Positions 8,910 to 19,724 of a stretch of DNA of 38,644 bases are shown piece by piece (position 1 is the stretch's first letter; every line of letters starts with the position of its first letter). The stretch is from a virus (Duplodnaviria; Caudoviricetes), in the IMG/VR virus record IMGVR_UViG_3300025103_000060, positions 1-38,644 of that record. One strand, given 5' to 3'. A model generated the notes under the pieces. That model saw only the letters and a list, made by a program, of their open reading frames with translations. It searched no databases and was not told where the DNA came from. The position numbers and the translations under genes are program-made.

Positions 8910-11900
8910 TTAAAAACTTGCTTCAGCTTCAATAGTTTTTATAGTGTTCTGTGTAGATGTTATATCAGCTTCCACTACTACTACCCTAGAACTTCCTCTA
9001 TTAGATGATTGATTAGTAACATCAAATTGTGTTTTAGCAAATGAGGGGTTATTAGTTACACCTCCATCAGCAAACTTAACTCCACCACCAGCACTGTTCA
9101 TAGCGGATAACTGACTTCTAAACATTGATGTACTTCTTTTATTTATAACAGCTTCTCCTCCTTCTAATTCAACCACTCTACCTCCTACAGCAAACTTCTC
9201 TCCACCCTGAGCATGAGAATTACCATAAACCATACCACCATCAGCGTATGTACTGTGTTGACCACCATAAGTATAATAAGACATAGCTCCAGAGCTACTT
9301 CTTCCTCCTCCACTACTACCACCACTACTACCCCCACTACCCGAAGGCATACCTGCACCACCTCCTACTCCAAAACTAGATTTAATCTTACTAACAACTC
9401 CTTTTATTGCCATATAAGTAGCACCTATAGCTAATAGGTTAAGTGGGAAAGGTATAGATTTAGCCGCAGCAGATACTGTAGTTATAAATCCTGAAGCAGC
9501 TGTAGATATATTAGAAATTGTTTTCTTTAGATTAGCAGCTACAACTTTACCTGTCATAGCAACATCTATTACTTCAGCTATAGTTTTCTTCTTTGTAGCT
9601 AAGGTATTTATTGTTGTAGCGATTGCTAATATCTTTTCTGCTGTAGCAGCAGCTTTAGTAACAACTACACCAACCTTTCTTAATCCTGACAACTTCTCCT
9701 CATCTCCTGCTAAATCTTGCATCTGCTGACCTAAGTCTCCAACACTACTTATATAATCATTCATAGCTGCTATTTGAGCTTCAGTAGTCTCTATAGTGTT
9801 TCGTTTTAATTCCTTATTAATATTCTTTTGTTCCTCTGCATATCCAGTATAAATGCCGTGTTTTTCTAATAAATAAGCCGCTTCTAACATTAACATAAAT
9901 TGTTGATGCTCCATTTCTGTAATCTCTTTATTAGCAAGAGCTTCCTCAAGGTTTAGTTGGTCGGTTTCATACTGTTCAGTTAACAAATTTGCTTCTTGGT
10001 CTTTCTTTAATTTAGCTGAATCTAATTCTTGTTGAGCTATTTTGTTTTCAATTTGTGTAGTTTCTTGTTTATGTTTTACAAGAGCTTTTTTATTATCGTC
10101 TAGAAATTGAGCGTCAAGAGCGTCTAATAATGCTCGTTCATCTTCTTTAAGTAAATTCAGTGATTTAATATAAATCTCTTCTTCTTCCTTAGCATCTTTT
10201 AAATCTTGTAATTCTTCAGCGTATCTAGCTTTGTTTAAAGCTAATAGATTTTTTGTTTGAGCTAGAGTACCGTTAATTTCTTCTTCATCAGTTAATTTTT
10301 TTTGGTCTAAAAAAGCTTGTATTCCTATAGCTTTAGCCTCTAACATTTTTCTGTCAATTGTTAGTTGGTTACCAACCATAGCTACTCCCGCTTCTTGTTC
10401 TTTTACTAATTGAGACATAGTGTATTTAGCAGATGTTTTTATCTTAACACATCTACCATCTTCAGTACTCCATTCCCATCCTTCTTCACATCCTTCTTCT
10501 TCTCCTACTCCAGTGGATTGAGAACTCAATAAAGATAGTACATCTATTCCTCCAGACCTTTTCTTTATAATACCCTCAAGACTCTTTGTCTCTGTCTCAA
10601 CATAATCCTCTGATAGAGCTGATAAAAGTTCTACTGGAGTCATATTGTATTGTTCTAAAAGAGACATTAGATTGTTAACTCTATCAGATGTGGCTCTGTC
10701 GCTTGCAGAAGATAAAGCATTACCACCTCCAATCAAACTAGGGTCATCTATTACCGCTTCTATTAGACTTATATAATCTGACTCCCAAACATCCATACCT
10801 AATGGACCCGCTCCTTCTTTTTTAATACTCTTACCAATTCCATATTTATCTGGTGAGCCTGGAGCTTTAAGTCCCCCAGGCACAAATTCTTTTAATTTTG
10901 CAACTATAACATCAGATTCTACCTTAGCTTTCACTATACCTGCTTGTAAATCTATAAATATATCAGCTAAAGCTCTTTGTGTCATAGCTTCAATTAACTC
11001 ATTTGTAGAATCCTTTATATTTTGTATATTGGTATTTTCATCAATAAGTTCTTTATTGTGAATCTTCAATACTTTATTTAAGTTATCTACATCTATTTTT
11101 TCTTGAACCTTTAATCTATTATATTTTTCAGTCGCTACAGCGTTATCTTCTAGATTATCCCCCTCCTTCTTCATGATTTTAGCCATCTCCTCTTTGCTTT
11201 TAATAAGAGATTTAGTAGAGATTCTAACTTTTTCAATTTCCACTTGAGTAGAAACAAAAGCGTCATTTACTCTTGTTAAAGTAGGATTAAGGTCTGTAAC
11301 AGCTTCATTAACAAACATGAACTGAGAAGCTAAACTTCCTAAAGCAATAATAAAAAACCCTATACCTGTAGATGCTATAGCGGTAGTAAGAGTAAGTAAA
11401 GCTCCTCTTGCTATAGCTATAGCTCCAGCCCAAGTTCTCATACCAATAGTTGCTCCAACAGTTTCAGCAGCGAAAGCTTTAATCGCCATTCTAGCTGGGA
11501 TAAGACCCACTACAAAATACCCAATCGCTTTAGTTACGAATGTTATAGTGTCCCATAATTTTTTTAATTTTTTCTCATCTTTAACTAATTGATTTAGCCA
11601 TTTAGCAAGGGAAACAAAACTCTTTTTTAGAGCTCCTCCAAATTTTTCAACTATAGCTATTGATAACCCTTGAAAAGCTGATTTAACTTTTAATATACTC
11701 CCTTCTAATGTATCTCCAACAATACCAGCCATTTTATCTCCAGCTCCACTAGCTTCGTTTAATTTTTCAGTTAATTCTTTAACATCATCAGCTCCCCTCA
11801 ACATAGTACCAAAAGCAGCTACTTGTCTAACATCCATAAATGTTAATACATCTCCCAAGTCAGTACCCTCATCCTGCATATCCTTAAATACCTTTAACAT

Positions 11901-12833
11901 ATCACCCATACTATGTATTGTATGTCCTACTTTTCTAGTTAATTCGGATGTAGGGTCTTGCATTTTAAGTAATATATTTCTTAGGGATGTACCAGCAATT
12001 GAAGCTTCAATACCAGTATCAGCTAATTTAGCCATAATAGCTGTTGTTTCTTCAATAGTAAAACCAGCCATAGTAGCAATTGGAGCTACTTTAGTCATGG
12101 ATGTTTGCCATTTTTCAATATCTAAAGCTGAACTTGTAAAAGCTACAGCCATAACATCTACCACTCTACCTGTTTCAGTAGCATCTAATTGAAAACCTCT
12201 AACAGCGTTACCAGCAACTGTAGCGGCTCTAGCTAAATCACTACCTGTAGCTATAGATAAATTAATAGTAGCTTCAGTAGCTTCTAATACTTCAGCAGTT
12301 GTAAATCCTAATTTAGATAAATTTAATTGTAAGTTAGCTACTTCAGAAGCGGTAAAGAATGTTGAACGACCTAACTCTTGAGCTGAGTCTGATAATTTTT
12401 TGAACTCATCATCAGTAGCTCCACTAACAGCTTTTACTTTAGCCATGGTAAACTCAAACTCTTGAAATGTACCAATCATTGTAGTTAAAGCCTGATTAAC
12501 CCTTCTAAAAGCTGTTACTAATATAGAGAAAGCTGCCGCTCCCTGTATAACACCCATAGTCATTGATTTTTGTAAGCTAGTGGATTTTTTAGTAGTGTTA
12601 TTAGCATCTAACATAGCTTTCTTTGTTTCTCTTAAAGCTTTAGATTGACCTTTAATAGCATTTTCGTTCTTTTTATATTGTTTCTCAGCATTTTTACCAG
12701 CATTAGCTCCATCTTTCATATCCTTCTTGATGTCTCTTTGCTGTTTTCTTAATTTCTTAAGACTTTCCTCAAGTTGTTTTATTTTAGCTACACCCTCAAC
12801 TTTTACATTTATTATCTTATTTATCTTTGCCAT
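8910..12833 (-). CDS. Tail tape measure protein (TP901-like core)
   Basis: 1307 aa. FEFTMAKVKAVSGAT, LGRSTFFTASEVA, ASIAGTSLRNIL core, hydrophobic segments, long coiled coil, and C-terminal GNSHAQGG...EGGEAVIN. Confidence 0.95.
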   Translation of the reverse strand: MAKINKIINVKVEGVAKIKQLEESLKKLRKQQRDIKKDMKDGANAGKNAEKQYKKNENAIKGQSKALRETKKAMLDANNTTKKSTSLQKSMTMGVIQGAAAFSILVTAFRRVNQALTTMIGTFQEFEFTMAKVKAVSGATDDEFKKLSDSAQELGRSTFFTASEVANLQLNLSKLGFTTAEVLEATEATINLSIATGSDLARAATVAGNAVRGFQLDATETGRVVDVMAVAFTSSALDIEKWQTSMTKVAPIATMAGFTIEETTAIMAKLADTGIEASIAGTSLRNILLKMQDPTSELTRKVGHTIHSMGDMLKVFKDMQDEGTDLGDVLTFMDVRQVAAFGTMLRGADDVKELTEKLNEASGAGDKMAGIVGDTLEGSILKVKSAFQGLSIAIVEKFGGALKKSFVSLAKWLNQLVKDEKKLKKLWDTITFVTKAIGYFVVGLIPARMAIKAFAAETVGATIGMRTWAGAIAIARGALLTLTTAIASTGIGFFIIALGSLASQFMFVNEAVTDLNPTLTRVNDAFVSTQVEIEKVRISTKSLIKSKEEMAKIMKKEGDNLEDNAVATEKYNRLKVQEKIDVDNLNKVLKIHNKELIDENTNIQNIKDSTNELIEAMTQRALADIFIDLQAGIVKAKVESDVIVAKLKEFVPGGLKAPGSPDKYGIGKSIKKEGAGPLGMDVWESDYISLIEAVIDDPSLIGGGNALSSASDRATSDRVNNLMSLLEQYNMTPVELLSALSEDYVETETKSLEGIIKKRSGGIDVLSLLSSQSTGVGEEEGCEEGWEWSTEDGRCVKIKTSAKYTMSQLVKEQEAGVAMVGNQLTIDRKMLEAKAIGIQAFLDQKKLTDEEEINGTLAQTKNLLALNKARYAEELQDLKDAKEEEEIYIKSLNLLKEDERALLDALDAQFLDDNKKALVKHKQETTQIENKIAQQELDSAKLKKDQEANLLTEQYETDQLNLEEALANKEITEMEHQQFMLMLEAAYLLEKHGIYTGYAEEQKNINKELKRNTIETTEAQIAAMNDYISSVGDLGQQMQDLAGDEEKLSGLRKVGVVVTKAAATAEKILAIATTINTLATKKKTIAEVIDVAMTGKVVAANLKKTISNISTAASGFITTVSAAAKSIPFPLNLLAIGATYMAIKGVVSKIKSSFGVGGGAGMPSGSGGSSGGSSGGGRSSSGAMSYYTYGGQHSTYADGGMVYGNSHAQGGEKFAVGGRVVELEGGEAVINKRSTSMFRSQLSAMNSAGGGVKFADGGVTNNPSFAKTQFDVTNQSSNRGSSRVVVVEADITSTQNTIKTIEAEASF

Positions 12834-12846
12834 ATTTTTTTATTTA

Positions 12847-13374
12847 TTAACCTGCGAAAATATCTATTACTCCACCACCTTCTTCTAGGTATTTAAAATA
12901 CTCATCTATTTCTTTTGGTAAAGCTGTATCTATATTGTTATACACTCCTAATTCTGTTGCCATTATATCTGCTTTTGATACAAAGTCTGATTTACCTGAG
13001 TTCATTCCAAATTCAGTAGGATATTTAGAAGCTAGTCTGTGAGATATACTATAAGCAGCTTGTCTCATATCTTTTTTAGAAAGATGAGAAAATAAATTTC
13101 CTTTTTGTCTCATCCAATTTAGTATTACATTCTGACTAACATAAACCCCCTTTGTATTTCTTACCCCATAATCATTTAATCTTTCCCAATAATCAACTAA
13201 ACTTCTAACATTTAATTCTACTAAATCATCAGAAACTTGCACATTAGCTCTAAAACTTCTATCTAAATTACCAGAAGCTTTATGTCCCTGCTTATCTAAT
13301 ATAGACCTCATAAAACCTATAAGCTCTTTACCTATTTTTTCTAATTCTATTTTTAAGTGTTGAAATTCTGCCAT
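12847..13374 (-). CDS. Putative neck/tail component (HK97 gp10-like)
   Basis: 175 aa with ASGNLDRS and I.NWM..KG motifs, upstream of the tape measure gene. Confidence 0.55.
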   Translation of the reverse strand: MAEFQHLKIELEKIGKELIGFMRSILDKQGHKASGNLDRSFRANVQVSDDLVELNVRSLVDYWERLNDYGVRNTKGVYVSQNVILNWMRQKGNLFSHLSKKDMRQAAYSISHRLASKYPTEFGMNSGKSDFVSKADIMATELGVYNNIDTALPKEIDEYFKYLEEGGGVIDIFAG

Positions 13375-13799
13375 TAGTTTGTTCTTCTTTTTAATGGTTG
13401 ACCACCATAAACATCTTCCGCTGTTGTTGACCTTACAATAGGCATTAAATTGTCATACGAATCAGTATAAAGAATAGGTAAGATTATATCTTCTTTAACA
13501 TCCGCAACCGCAATATCCGTAATAGTGGGTTCTGATGTTGTTGAAAGAGTTACATTAGTTACTAAACCTACTCCTTCGCAACATTCCTCATTTTTTGGTG
13601 CACTAACAGTTACCCCCGTTAACCTATCCTCCTCAGTTAATGTAGTAGTTGTAGAAGTCATAATACTATGAGTCATATATATTGGGCCTCCTCTTTCCAT
13701 AACAACCCCCTCTCTATTAACACTTAATGCATTTTTAGATGGAGTTGTAGATGATATTCCACTTAATGTTGGTTTGCTTGATTTTATTTGTCCTGGCAT
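13374..13799 (-). CDS. Hypothetical tail-region protein
   Basis: 141 aa, T/S-rich. Its stop overlaps the next start (TAATG). Confidence 0.6.
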   Translation of the reverse strand: MPGQIKSSKPTLSGISSTTPSKNALSVNREGVVMERGGPIYMTHSIMTSTTTTLTEEDRLTGVTVSAPKNEECCEGVGLVTNVTLSTTSEPTITDIAVADVKEDIILPILYTDSYDNLMPIVRSTTAEDVYGGQPLKRRTN

Positions 13800-13810
13800 G
13801 TTTTATAATT

Positions 13811-16786
13811 TTATATCCATTGTATAAACTCAACTTTTGTCGTTGTATTTTTTAGAGGAGCGTAATCAAGAACTTTATTTATTCTCCAATAAGAACCATT
13901 TATATAAACTAATTTACTTAAATCTAAAGTAGCTATGTCAGATGAGTTTAAATTTATATGCATAGTTCTAATTCTTGGATTTGCTTTTAATTGCTCTATC
14001 ATTTTTTTCCAATATAAACTATACAGACCCTCAACTGATGTTGATGTTGATGTCGTTGGAGGTTGTATAATCTCATCATTAAATGATAAGTTTGTAAATT
14101 TATTTCCTGAATCGTTATCCCAATCTACAAATGTAGCTCTTGGAGTTTGGTTAGACCAAACCCTTGAGTTGTTTGTGTCCCAATAATTCCATCCTGTAAC
14201 TATATTAGAGTTGTTTGGATTATCAATATATCCTTGATAAAGTAGTATTCTTGGATTATATTTATATAGTTTATCAGGTCTTTCAACTGTATACATGCTA
14301 ATATGGCTTAAATCCCATCCATATAAAGATTCTGATGAGTTTATAGCTGGAGTAAGTGGCGGATTATTATATTGAACAGCTGGGTTCCAATCACACCAAG
14401 TTGATGAAAAAACAGGATTTTCAAATTTTGTCATTCCTTTCTTATAATCTTCTCCTAACTCCTCAAAATAATTAAAAAAGTTATATTCTCTACCCACTTC
14501 CTTGAATGAATCGTTAATATATCTCATTAATCCATCACTACCATCATTCTTATATTGAAACGAAATTCTCTCATTAAGTCCAATATTATAATCATCTTCA
14601 ATTTCTTTTGATAAATCTAATTTGTCTGTCCAATCATAAGATAAACTTTTGTCTTTGTAAAAATCATTAAAAGGTTCAATATAAACAGTTTTAGTAGTAG
14701 GGTCAGTCCTAAACTGAAGATTAAATAAATGAGAGACACCCTTTATGAAATTAACTTGAGATATATTGCAGGGAAGTAAGTCAGAGTATTTATATCTTTC
14801 TCCCCACTGATAGTCTGATGATGTTGGAGTTATTTTAAAATATGGAGTTTCGTATCTTTCCCAAATATTTATAATATTATCAACATCTGGGTCTGTGTAA
14901 AAGAATCCAAAATAATCAAGTGGTGTTGCAAAAATTAAGTAATTATCGTTACTTCCTGTTATACTCGTTCTAAAATTGTCGTTTACAGCAGCTACTCCCC
15001 ACCTAACATCAGAAGCTGTAGCATTTGACCTTGCTTTTACTCTTACCATAACTCTTACTTGGTCTCCTGTGTCAAGAGTAACTTCAGCTGAATTTCCTAC
15101 GCTAACAGCGTTTAACATAGGAATTACTACCTTTCCTGGCGAAGATGGGTACTCTGGAGAAGTTGCGTCGGTTTGAGTTGTACCAATATAATTATTATAA
15201 TCCCAAGCACCAACCTTAGCGTTATCTTCTGATGTTACAGCTAGAGGAAAATTAAATGAACCACTACCACCATGATTCAAAAAAATACCCATATACACTT
15301 TTAATCTACACTTAACATAAGCTTCTGTTGTTTGGTCATTTTCAAAGTTACCAATTATTAATTCAGCTACTGATTCAAAATTATACTTACCTCCAACAGA
15401 ACAAGTCCAAACACCTGTAGACGCATCGTAATCTCCATTTATATCGCTAACTATTTTGTCATTTTTTATTGTTTTCCATCCAGTATCTGTATATGATGAT
15501 GAGTTAATAGTTTTGTTATTACTAGCTACTAATGTTTGATAATCTGTTGATGTTATTGTACTATCCCATATACCCTTACTTCCTCCTGTAGGACTATCTT
15601 GATTCCAAAATTCTCTTGAAACCATAACTTCAGGAGGTCTTAGTTTATCTAACTTATCTAAATCAGGAGGGAAATGACATATTAATTTTTTAAAATCAGC
15701 ATTTTCAATAAAATTACTTGAAACATTATATCCAACATCACTAAACATAGTTACAAGTAGATTATAAAGATACCATGATGGTCTCATATCTTTAGTTTCG
15801 CTACCAAGTTGATTTTCTTCAAATATCCAAGCTCCTCCCCATCCTGAATCCCACTTACCATAATCTATTAGTGGATAAACAATATCATTTGTCGCTTGGG
15901 TGTCTGTCCAACTAGATATTATATTAGCAGGAGTGTATTCTATTGTTTTAATTTCTCTAAGAGAAACATTATCAAGAGTACCTATAAATCCACCCGAACC
16001 TGAATTTAAACGAAAGGTATTTATATTAGCTCCAGTTCCCGCATCTCCAAAAATAAATTGATAACTCCATACCCCAACATTATTAGCTCCTGACCATACA
16101 GAAGTATCTCCAGCGCTATTTGTTATACTTCCTTCTAAAGACCCACTAGTGTAAGATGTTATTTCAAAAGAAACTTCGTATCTATTCCCAACAGTTAATT
16201 GATTATTTATATTTGTTATGTCTTGGTCTAATTGTTTATATATTGCCATAAACCAAACTATCTGACCAGAAGTCCAGAGTAAACCTGTAGAGCCTAATGT
16301 AAAGTTCCAATCTCCCGAAACACCACTTATTACCTGAGTTACAAAATCTCCATTCTTTATTAGTTCTCCATGTTTATCAAATGTATCACAAACATTTCTA
16401 TTTTTTATTTTAGATAACCATCCATAATTACCACCAAAAATAGTACAAGAATAAGACAATGGTTTTGATGATTGTTTGTTTCCCTTTACCTGAATCTTAC
16501 CTTTAAAAAAATCTATAGTATCTATTAATATTCTACAATCTTTTAATCCAACAATATTTTTCGTATCGTCTATTTTTGCATTATATATATTGTCAAATAA
16601 TTTATTATTATTTTTTGTAGCTGGAACATCAAATGATTTTGAGAAATCTCCAAATCTTGATTCTAAATCTCTACCATCTGAAATAAGGTAAGTTAATGCT
16701 AGGGGAAAATTCTCACTATCAGTAATATCTAGTGTTCCTAAAACACTATTTTCATAATCTAGTATCTGTACTTCTATTTTAGCCAT
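13811..16786 (-). CDS. Large tail tip/hub protein with an inserted carbohydrate-binding-like module
   Basis: 991 aa. N-terminal FSKSFDVPATKNNNKLF, YPLIDYG, FIKGVSHLFNL..VYIEP..DFY..DWTDKLD and C-terminal YWRINKV.DY..TKVE. This architecture is typical of tail-tip proteins in Bacteroidota siphoviruses. Confidence 0.75.
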   Translation of the reverse strand: MAKIEVQILDYENSVLGTLDITDSENFPLALTYLISDGRDLESRFGDFSKSFDVPATKNNNKLFDNIYNAKIDDTKNIVGLKDCRILIDTIDFFKGKIQVKGNKQSSKPLSYSCTIFGGNYGWLSKIKNRNVCDTFDKHGELIKNGDFVTQVISGVSGDWNFTLGSTGLLWTSGQIVWFMAIYKQLDQDITNINNQLTVGNRYEVSFEITSYTSGSLEGSITNSAGDTSVWSGANNVGVWSYQFIFGDAGTGANINTFRLNSGSGGFIGTLDNVSLREIKTIEYTPANIISSWTDTQATNDIVYPLIDYGKWDSGWGGAWIFEENQLGSETKDMRPSWYLYNLLVTMFSDVGYNVSSNFIENADFKKLICHFPPDLDKLDKLRPPEVMVSREFWNQDSPTGGSKGIWDSTITSTDYQTLVASNNKTINSSSYTDTGWKTIKNDKIVSDINGDYDASTGVWTCSVGGKYNFESVAELIIGNFENDQTTEAYVKCRLKVYMGIFLNHGGSGSFNFPLAVTSEDNAKVGAWDYNNYIGTTQTDATSPEYPSSPGKVVIPMLNAVSVGNSAEVTLDTGDQVRVMVRVKARSNATASDVRWGVAAVNDNFRTSITGSNDNYLIFATPLDYFGFFYTDPDVDNIINIWERYETPYFKITPTSSDYQWGERYKYSDLLPCNISQVNFIKGVSHLFNLQFRTDPTTKTVYIEPFNDFYKDKSLSYDWTDKLDLSKEIEDDYNIGLNERISFQYKNDGSDGLMRYINDSFKEVGREYNFFNYFEELGEDYKKGMTKFENPVFSSTWCDWNPAVQYNNPPLTPAINSSESLYGWDLSHISMYTVERPDKLYKYNPRILLYQGYIDNPNNSNIVTGWNYWDTNNSRVWSNQTPRATFVDWDNDSGNKFTNLSFNDEIIQPPTTSTSTSVEGLYSLYWKKMIEQLKANPRIRTMHINLNSSDIATLDLSKLVYINGSYWRINKVLDYAPLKNTTTKVEFIQWI

Positions 16787-18519
16787 TAGTTAGATTGTGT
16801 GTTTAATTTATGGGAATGCGTGTACTCTATATTGAATTTAACAAGACCTAAACTTTCATCTACAGTGCTTACTGTTGAATTATTTATAATTACAGGGAAA
16901 TAATCTTTTTCTGATGGATGAGATGTAGGATTGCTTGTGTTAGCTCTTTCACTAGCTGCGTTTTGTAATTCTATCCAAACATTTGGAGAAGTTACTATTT
17001 CTTCTAACCATTTAGCTTGAACTGAATTTAATGGCTCTGTAAATACACTGCCTTTCTCTGTAGCTGTCATTCCTAAAGTTTCTATAGATGGTTTATATGT
17101 ATCAGCTCCTAATGGGTCTTGACTTGTTGTAAATGTACCTCCATCATATTGTTGTATATATCTCATATCAGTAGTTTGTCTCTCAAAAAATGTTTTAGTA
17201 ACATCCACACCCTCTGTAGTATCTCTCTTAGCTGTATAACTATCTATACCTCCCATTCTATTTACCCAATGAAATCTTACAAAAGGGAAAGCGGCATTTG
17301 CTGACTCTCTATCTATCTTGTAATGTCTTGTCTCGCTAACCTTAAAAGTTGTACTTCCATCATTTGAATATAAAACAGCTTCATAAGATTCTGTATTAGC
17401 TGTTATTCCTGTTCCTGTCCAATTAGTAAGAGTATTCAAATATGCGGGAGATACATTTTGCATTATGTATTTACCCTGATAAGGTGTGTTTAGGGGAGCA
17501 GTTCCAAAATTACCAGAAACATATGGAGAAGTAGCTCCTACTGTCTCTTGCCAATCCCTGATATTTACATAGTTTGTTGAGCTATCAAAATTAGTAGCTG
17601 TTACGCGCATATACCAATCAATAGAATCTAAAGTACTTCCAGTCCTAGTAAAACTATCTAGATAATATGATAACCACTCTGCTTCTTCATCTTCTCTTAC
17701 AAGTTTTGGAGCTGAGTACGGAGGAGTTTCTACATAACCCTCCCCATTTGGGCATAAAGATAAAAATTTACCTCTAGGAGTAGCGTAATAAGCTCCTGTT
17801 ATTCTCCATAAATTAAGATTTCCGTACCATCCTGTATATTGAGGAACACTGTTTATTATAGGATATGAGCTAGTGTTTTTTCTTACATCATTAGTGCCAT
17901 CATTTGCAATTACTAAATTACTTCCAGATGACGTTTCTTTTACTTCAAATCTAATTTGAACATCAATAAATCTAGAAGAACCTTGAATAGATGTAAATGG
18001 ATATATGTCATTTGTAGAATAATGACCTCCCATTTGATAGTCAGCAGACATAGCTCCTTTTTTGATTGGAGCTAAGGTATAAGATAAATAATTTTTTACT
18101 ATGGGAGCAATATCAACAGTAAAAGTGTGGTAGTTAACAGTTGTGTCCCAAGTCGCCGATTGGGGATTTATACCCTCATTAGCTTTGTATGGTAAATCTC
18201 TTGATTTTCTTAATGTTCCAGCTAACACCATATTAGTAGCTCCTGTTGAATTATTTACAGTCCTAGAACTTTGATAATCTACTCCAATATAAACATCAAA
18301 CAAAACATTTACTACATCTCCCGATTGTAAAGCTGAATCTAATGAAGTATTAGTTATTCTAGGAAGTGTACTACCCCAGTTAATTTGATATACTAAAGGT
18401 TGATTACATGAAATTAGTCTAGCTTGGTCATTATTACTATATCCACTTGTCGCAAGTGTTGCGTATGGACTTTTCATTATATTTACAGCTGATGCTCCTC
18501 CGTTTAAATTAACTGACAT
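16786..18519 (-). CDS. Tail structural (distal tail/baseplate-like) protein
   Basis: 577 aa with C-terminal W.NRMGG.DSY and WLEEI..SP.VW motifs. It is translationally coupled to the hub gene. Confidence 0.7.
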   Translation of the reverse strand: MSVNLNGGASAVNIMKSPYATLATSGYSNNDQARLISCNQPLVYQINWGSTLPRITNTSLDSALQSGDVVNVLFDVYIGVDYQSSRTVNNSTGATNMVLAGTLRKSRDLPYKANEGINPQSATWDTTVNYHTFTVDIAPIVKNYLSYTLAPIKKGAMSADYQMGGHYSTNDIYPFTSIQGSSRFIDVQIRFEVKETSSGSNLVIANDGTNDVRKNTSSYPIINSVPQYTGWYGNLNLWRITGAYYATPRGKFLSLCPNGEGYVETPPYSAPKLVREDEEAEWLSYYLDSFTRTGSTLDSIDWYMRVTATNFDSSTNYVNIRDWQETVGATSPYVSGNFGTAPLNTPYQGKYIMQNVSPAYLNTLTNWTGTGITANTESYEAVLYSNDGSTTFKVSETRHYKIDRESANAAFPFVRFHWVNRMGGIDSYTAKRDTTEGVDVTKTFFERQTTDMRYIQQYDGGTFTTSQDPLGADTYKPSIETLGMTATEKGSVFTEPLNSVQAKWLEEIVTSPNVWIELQNAASERANTSNPTSHPSEKDYFPVIINNSTVSTVDESLGLVKFNIEYTHSHKLNTQSN

Positions 18520-18521
18520 AT

Positions 18522-19724
18522 TTAATAAATTTTATATTTGTTATTTAAGTAATCTCTAACTTGACTTATTTCATCATTTGATAAAGCTTTGTTGTAAATA
18601 ATTACCTCTTGTATATCTCCATTCCAATAATCTCCAACCCCTCCTGACTCTATAAATCCTACTCTAAATGGAGCTAAATTAAATCCATCATTATTTGAAT
18701 ATAAAGGAACACTGGTTGTAACTTCAGTGCTGTTATTATATTGAAGATGAAAATCAGTATTATTAATACTAGCTCTTCCTATATGCCATTCCGTTCCTAA
18801 GTCAAAAATACCACTAAGTACCTGTCCGCTATTACCTGTATCATCTATAGCTTTAAACCAAACTCTACCACTACTTTGCATACCAAAATTCAATCTATCG
18901 CTACCTCCTCCTGAAGAATCTCTATATCCTATAACCCTTTGACTGGACGCTGTAGTAGCACTAGATTTTCCAACATAAAAAATAGTTAAATCGTTACCCG
19001 TTAAGGGACAGTTGTTGTCTGAAACTAAATAATCAGTTGTTCCATTAAAAGAAATCTTACTCTTATCTGAAGCTCCATCATAACCATATCTTAATGGTTG
19101 GTTTGCTACTGTTGATTGAGCAACATTATTTGATTGTCCTGATTTATCTCCCCAAGCACTAGATTTTTTAGTAGGGATGTTAAATGTTACATTGCTATCT
19201 GCTGATAACCATACTACTAAATCGCTTATTGTGTCAGGATAAACAGATTTTGGAGTAAAACATCTTGTAAACATTCTCATATCAAAACTCATTGTTATCC
19301 TACATAACTTATCGTTCTTACTGTTCTTTACTCTATCTATTCTTAAAGATTCTTTATCTATATATACTTGTGTTGGAGTTGGAGATGAGGTTGAAACATT
19401 CGGTATTACACCTCCTGAATACTCTATCAATACATTATCCAACCATTCTAAAGCTAAATCTTGTAGATTATCCCATCTTTGTTGTAATGTAACTGCATTT
19501 TGAGTTGCTGTTTGGTAAGTATTGTAAAATTCCATCTCTACATTGTAATGCTCCCATCCCTCATAAATATCTGGCATCCTAGAAGTAGGAGGGGTCATAA
19601 TCATTAAGGGATATATAGTGTCGTGGTCTTGGTTTACCTCTCCCTCGTATTTGAAAGCACTATCTCCATAAGTCCATTTATTTGTAGCTACAGTTACAAA
19701 ATCTGTTAGTCTTGTGATAGCCAT
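18522..19724 (-). CDS. Tail completion/terminator-like protein fused to a C-terminal ConA/LamG-like domain
   Basis: The N-terminal ~155 aa has a YPLM motif and a tail-terminator-like size. The C-terminal part has LVVWLSAD..W.DKSG..N..AQ...FNGT.DYL...GDIQEVIIYNKALS..E..V.DYL..KY. Confidence 0.6.
   Translation of the reverse strand: MAITRLTDFVTVATNKWTYGDSAFKYEGEVNQDHDTIYPLMIMTPPTSRMPDIYEGWEHYNVEMEFYNTYQTATQNAVTLQQRWDNLQDLALEWLDNVLIEYSGGVIPNVSTSSPTPTQVYIDKESLRIDRVKNSKNDKLCRITMSFDMRMFTRCFTPKSVYPDTISDLVVWLSADSNVTFNIPTKKSSAWGDKSGQSNNVAQSTVANQPLRYGYDGASDKSKISFNGTTDYLVSDNNCPLTGNDLTIFYVGKSSATTASSQRVIGYRDSSGGGSDRLNFGMQSSGRVWFKAIDDTGNSGQVLSGIFDLGTEWHIGRASINNTDFHLQYNNSTEVTTSVPLYSNNDGFNLAPFRVGFIESGGVGDYWNGDIQEVIIYNKALSNDEISQVRDYLNNKYKIY

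Noticed and set aside
9290-9370. CCACTACTA-type repeats
   Set aside because: They simply encode the Gly/Ser linker of the tape measure protein.
13374-13820. Readthrough or frameshift fusion of the hub gene with the 141-aa ORF
   Set aside because: The downstream ORF is out of frame, has its own ATG with an A-rich leader, and shows no clear slippery site.
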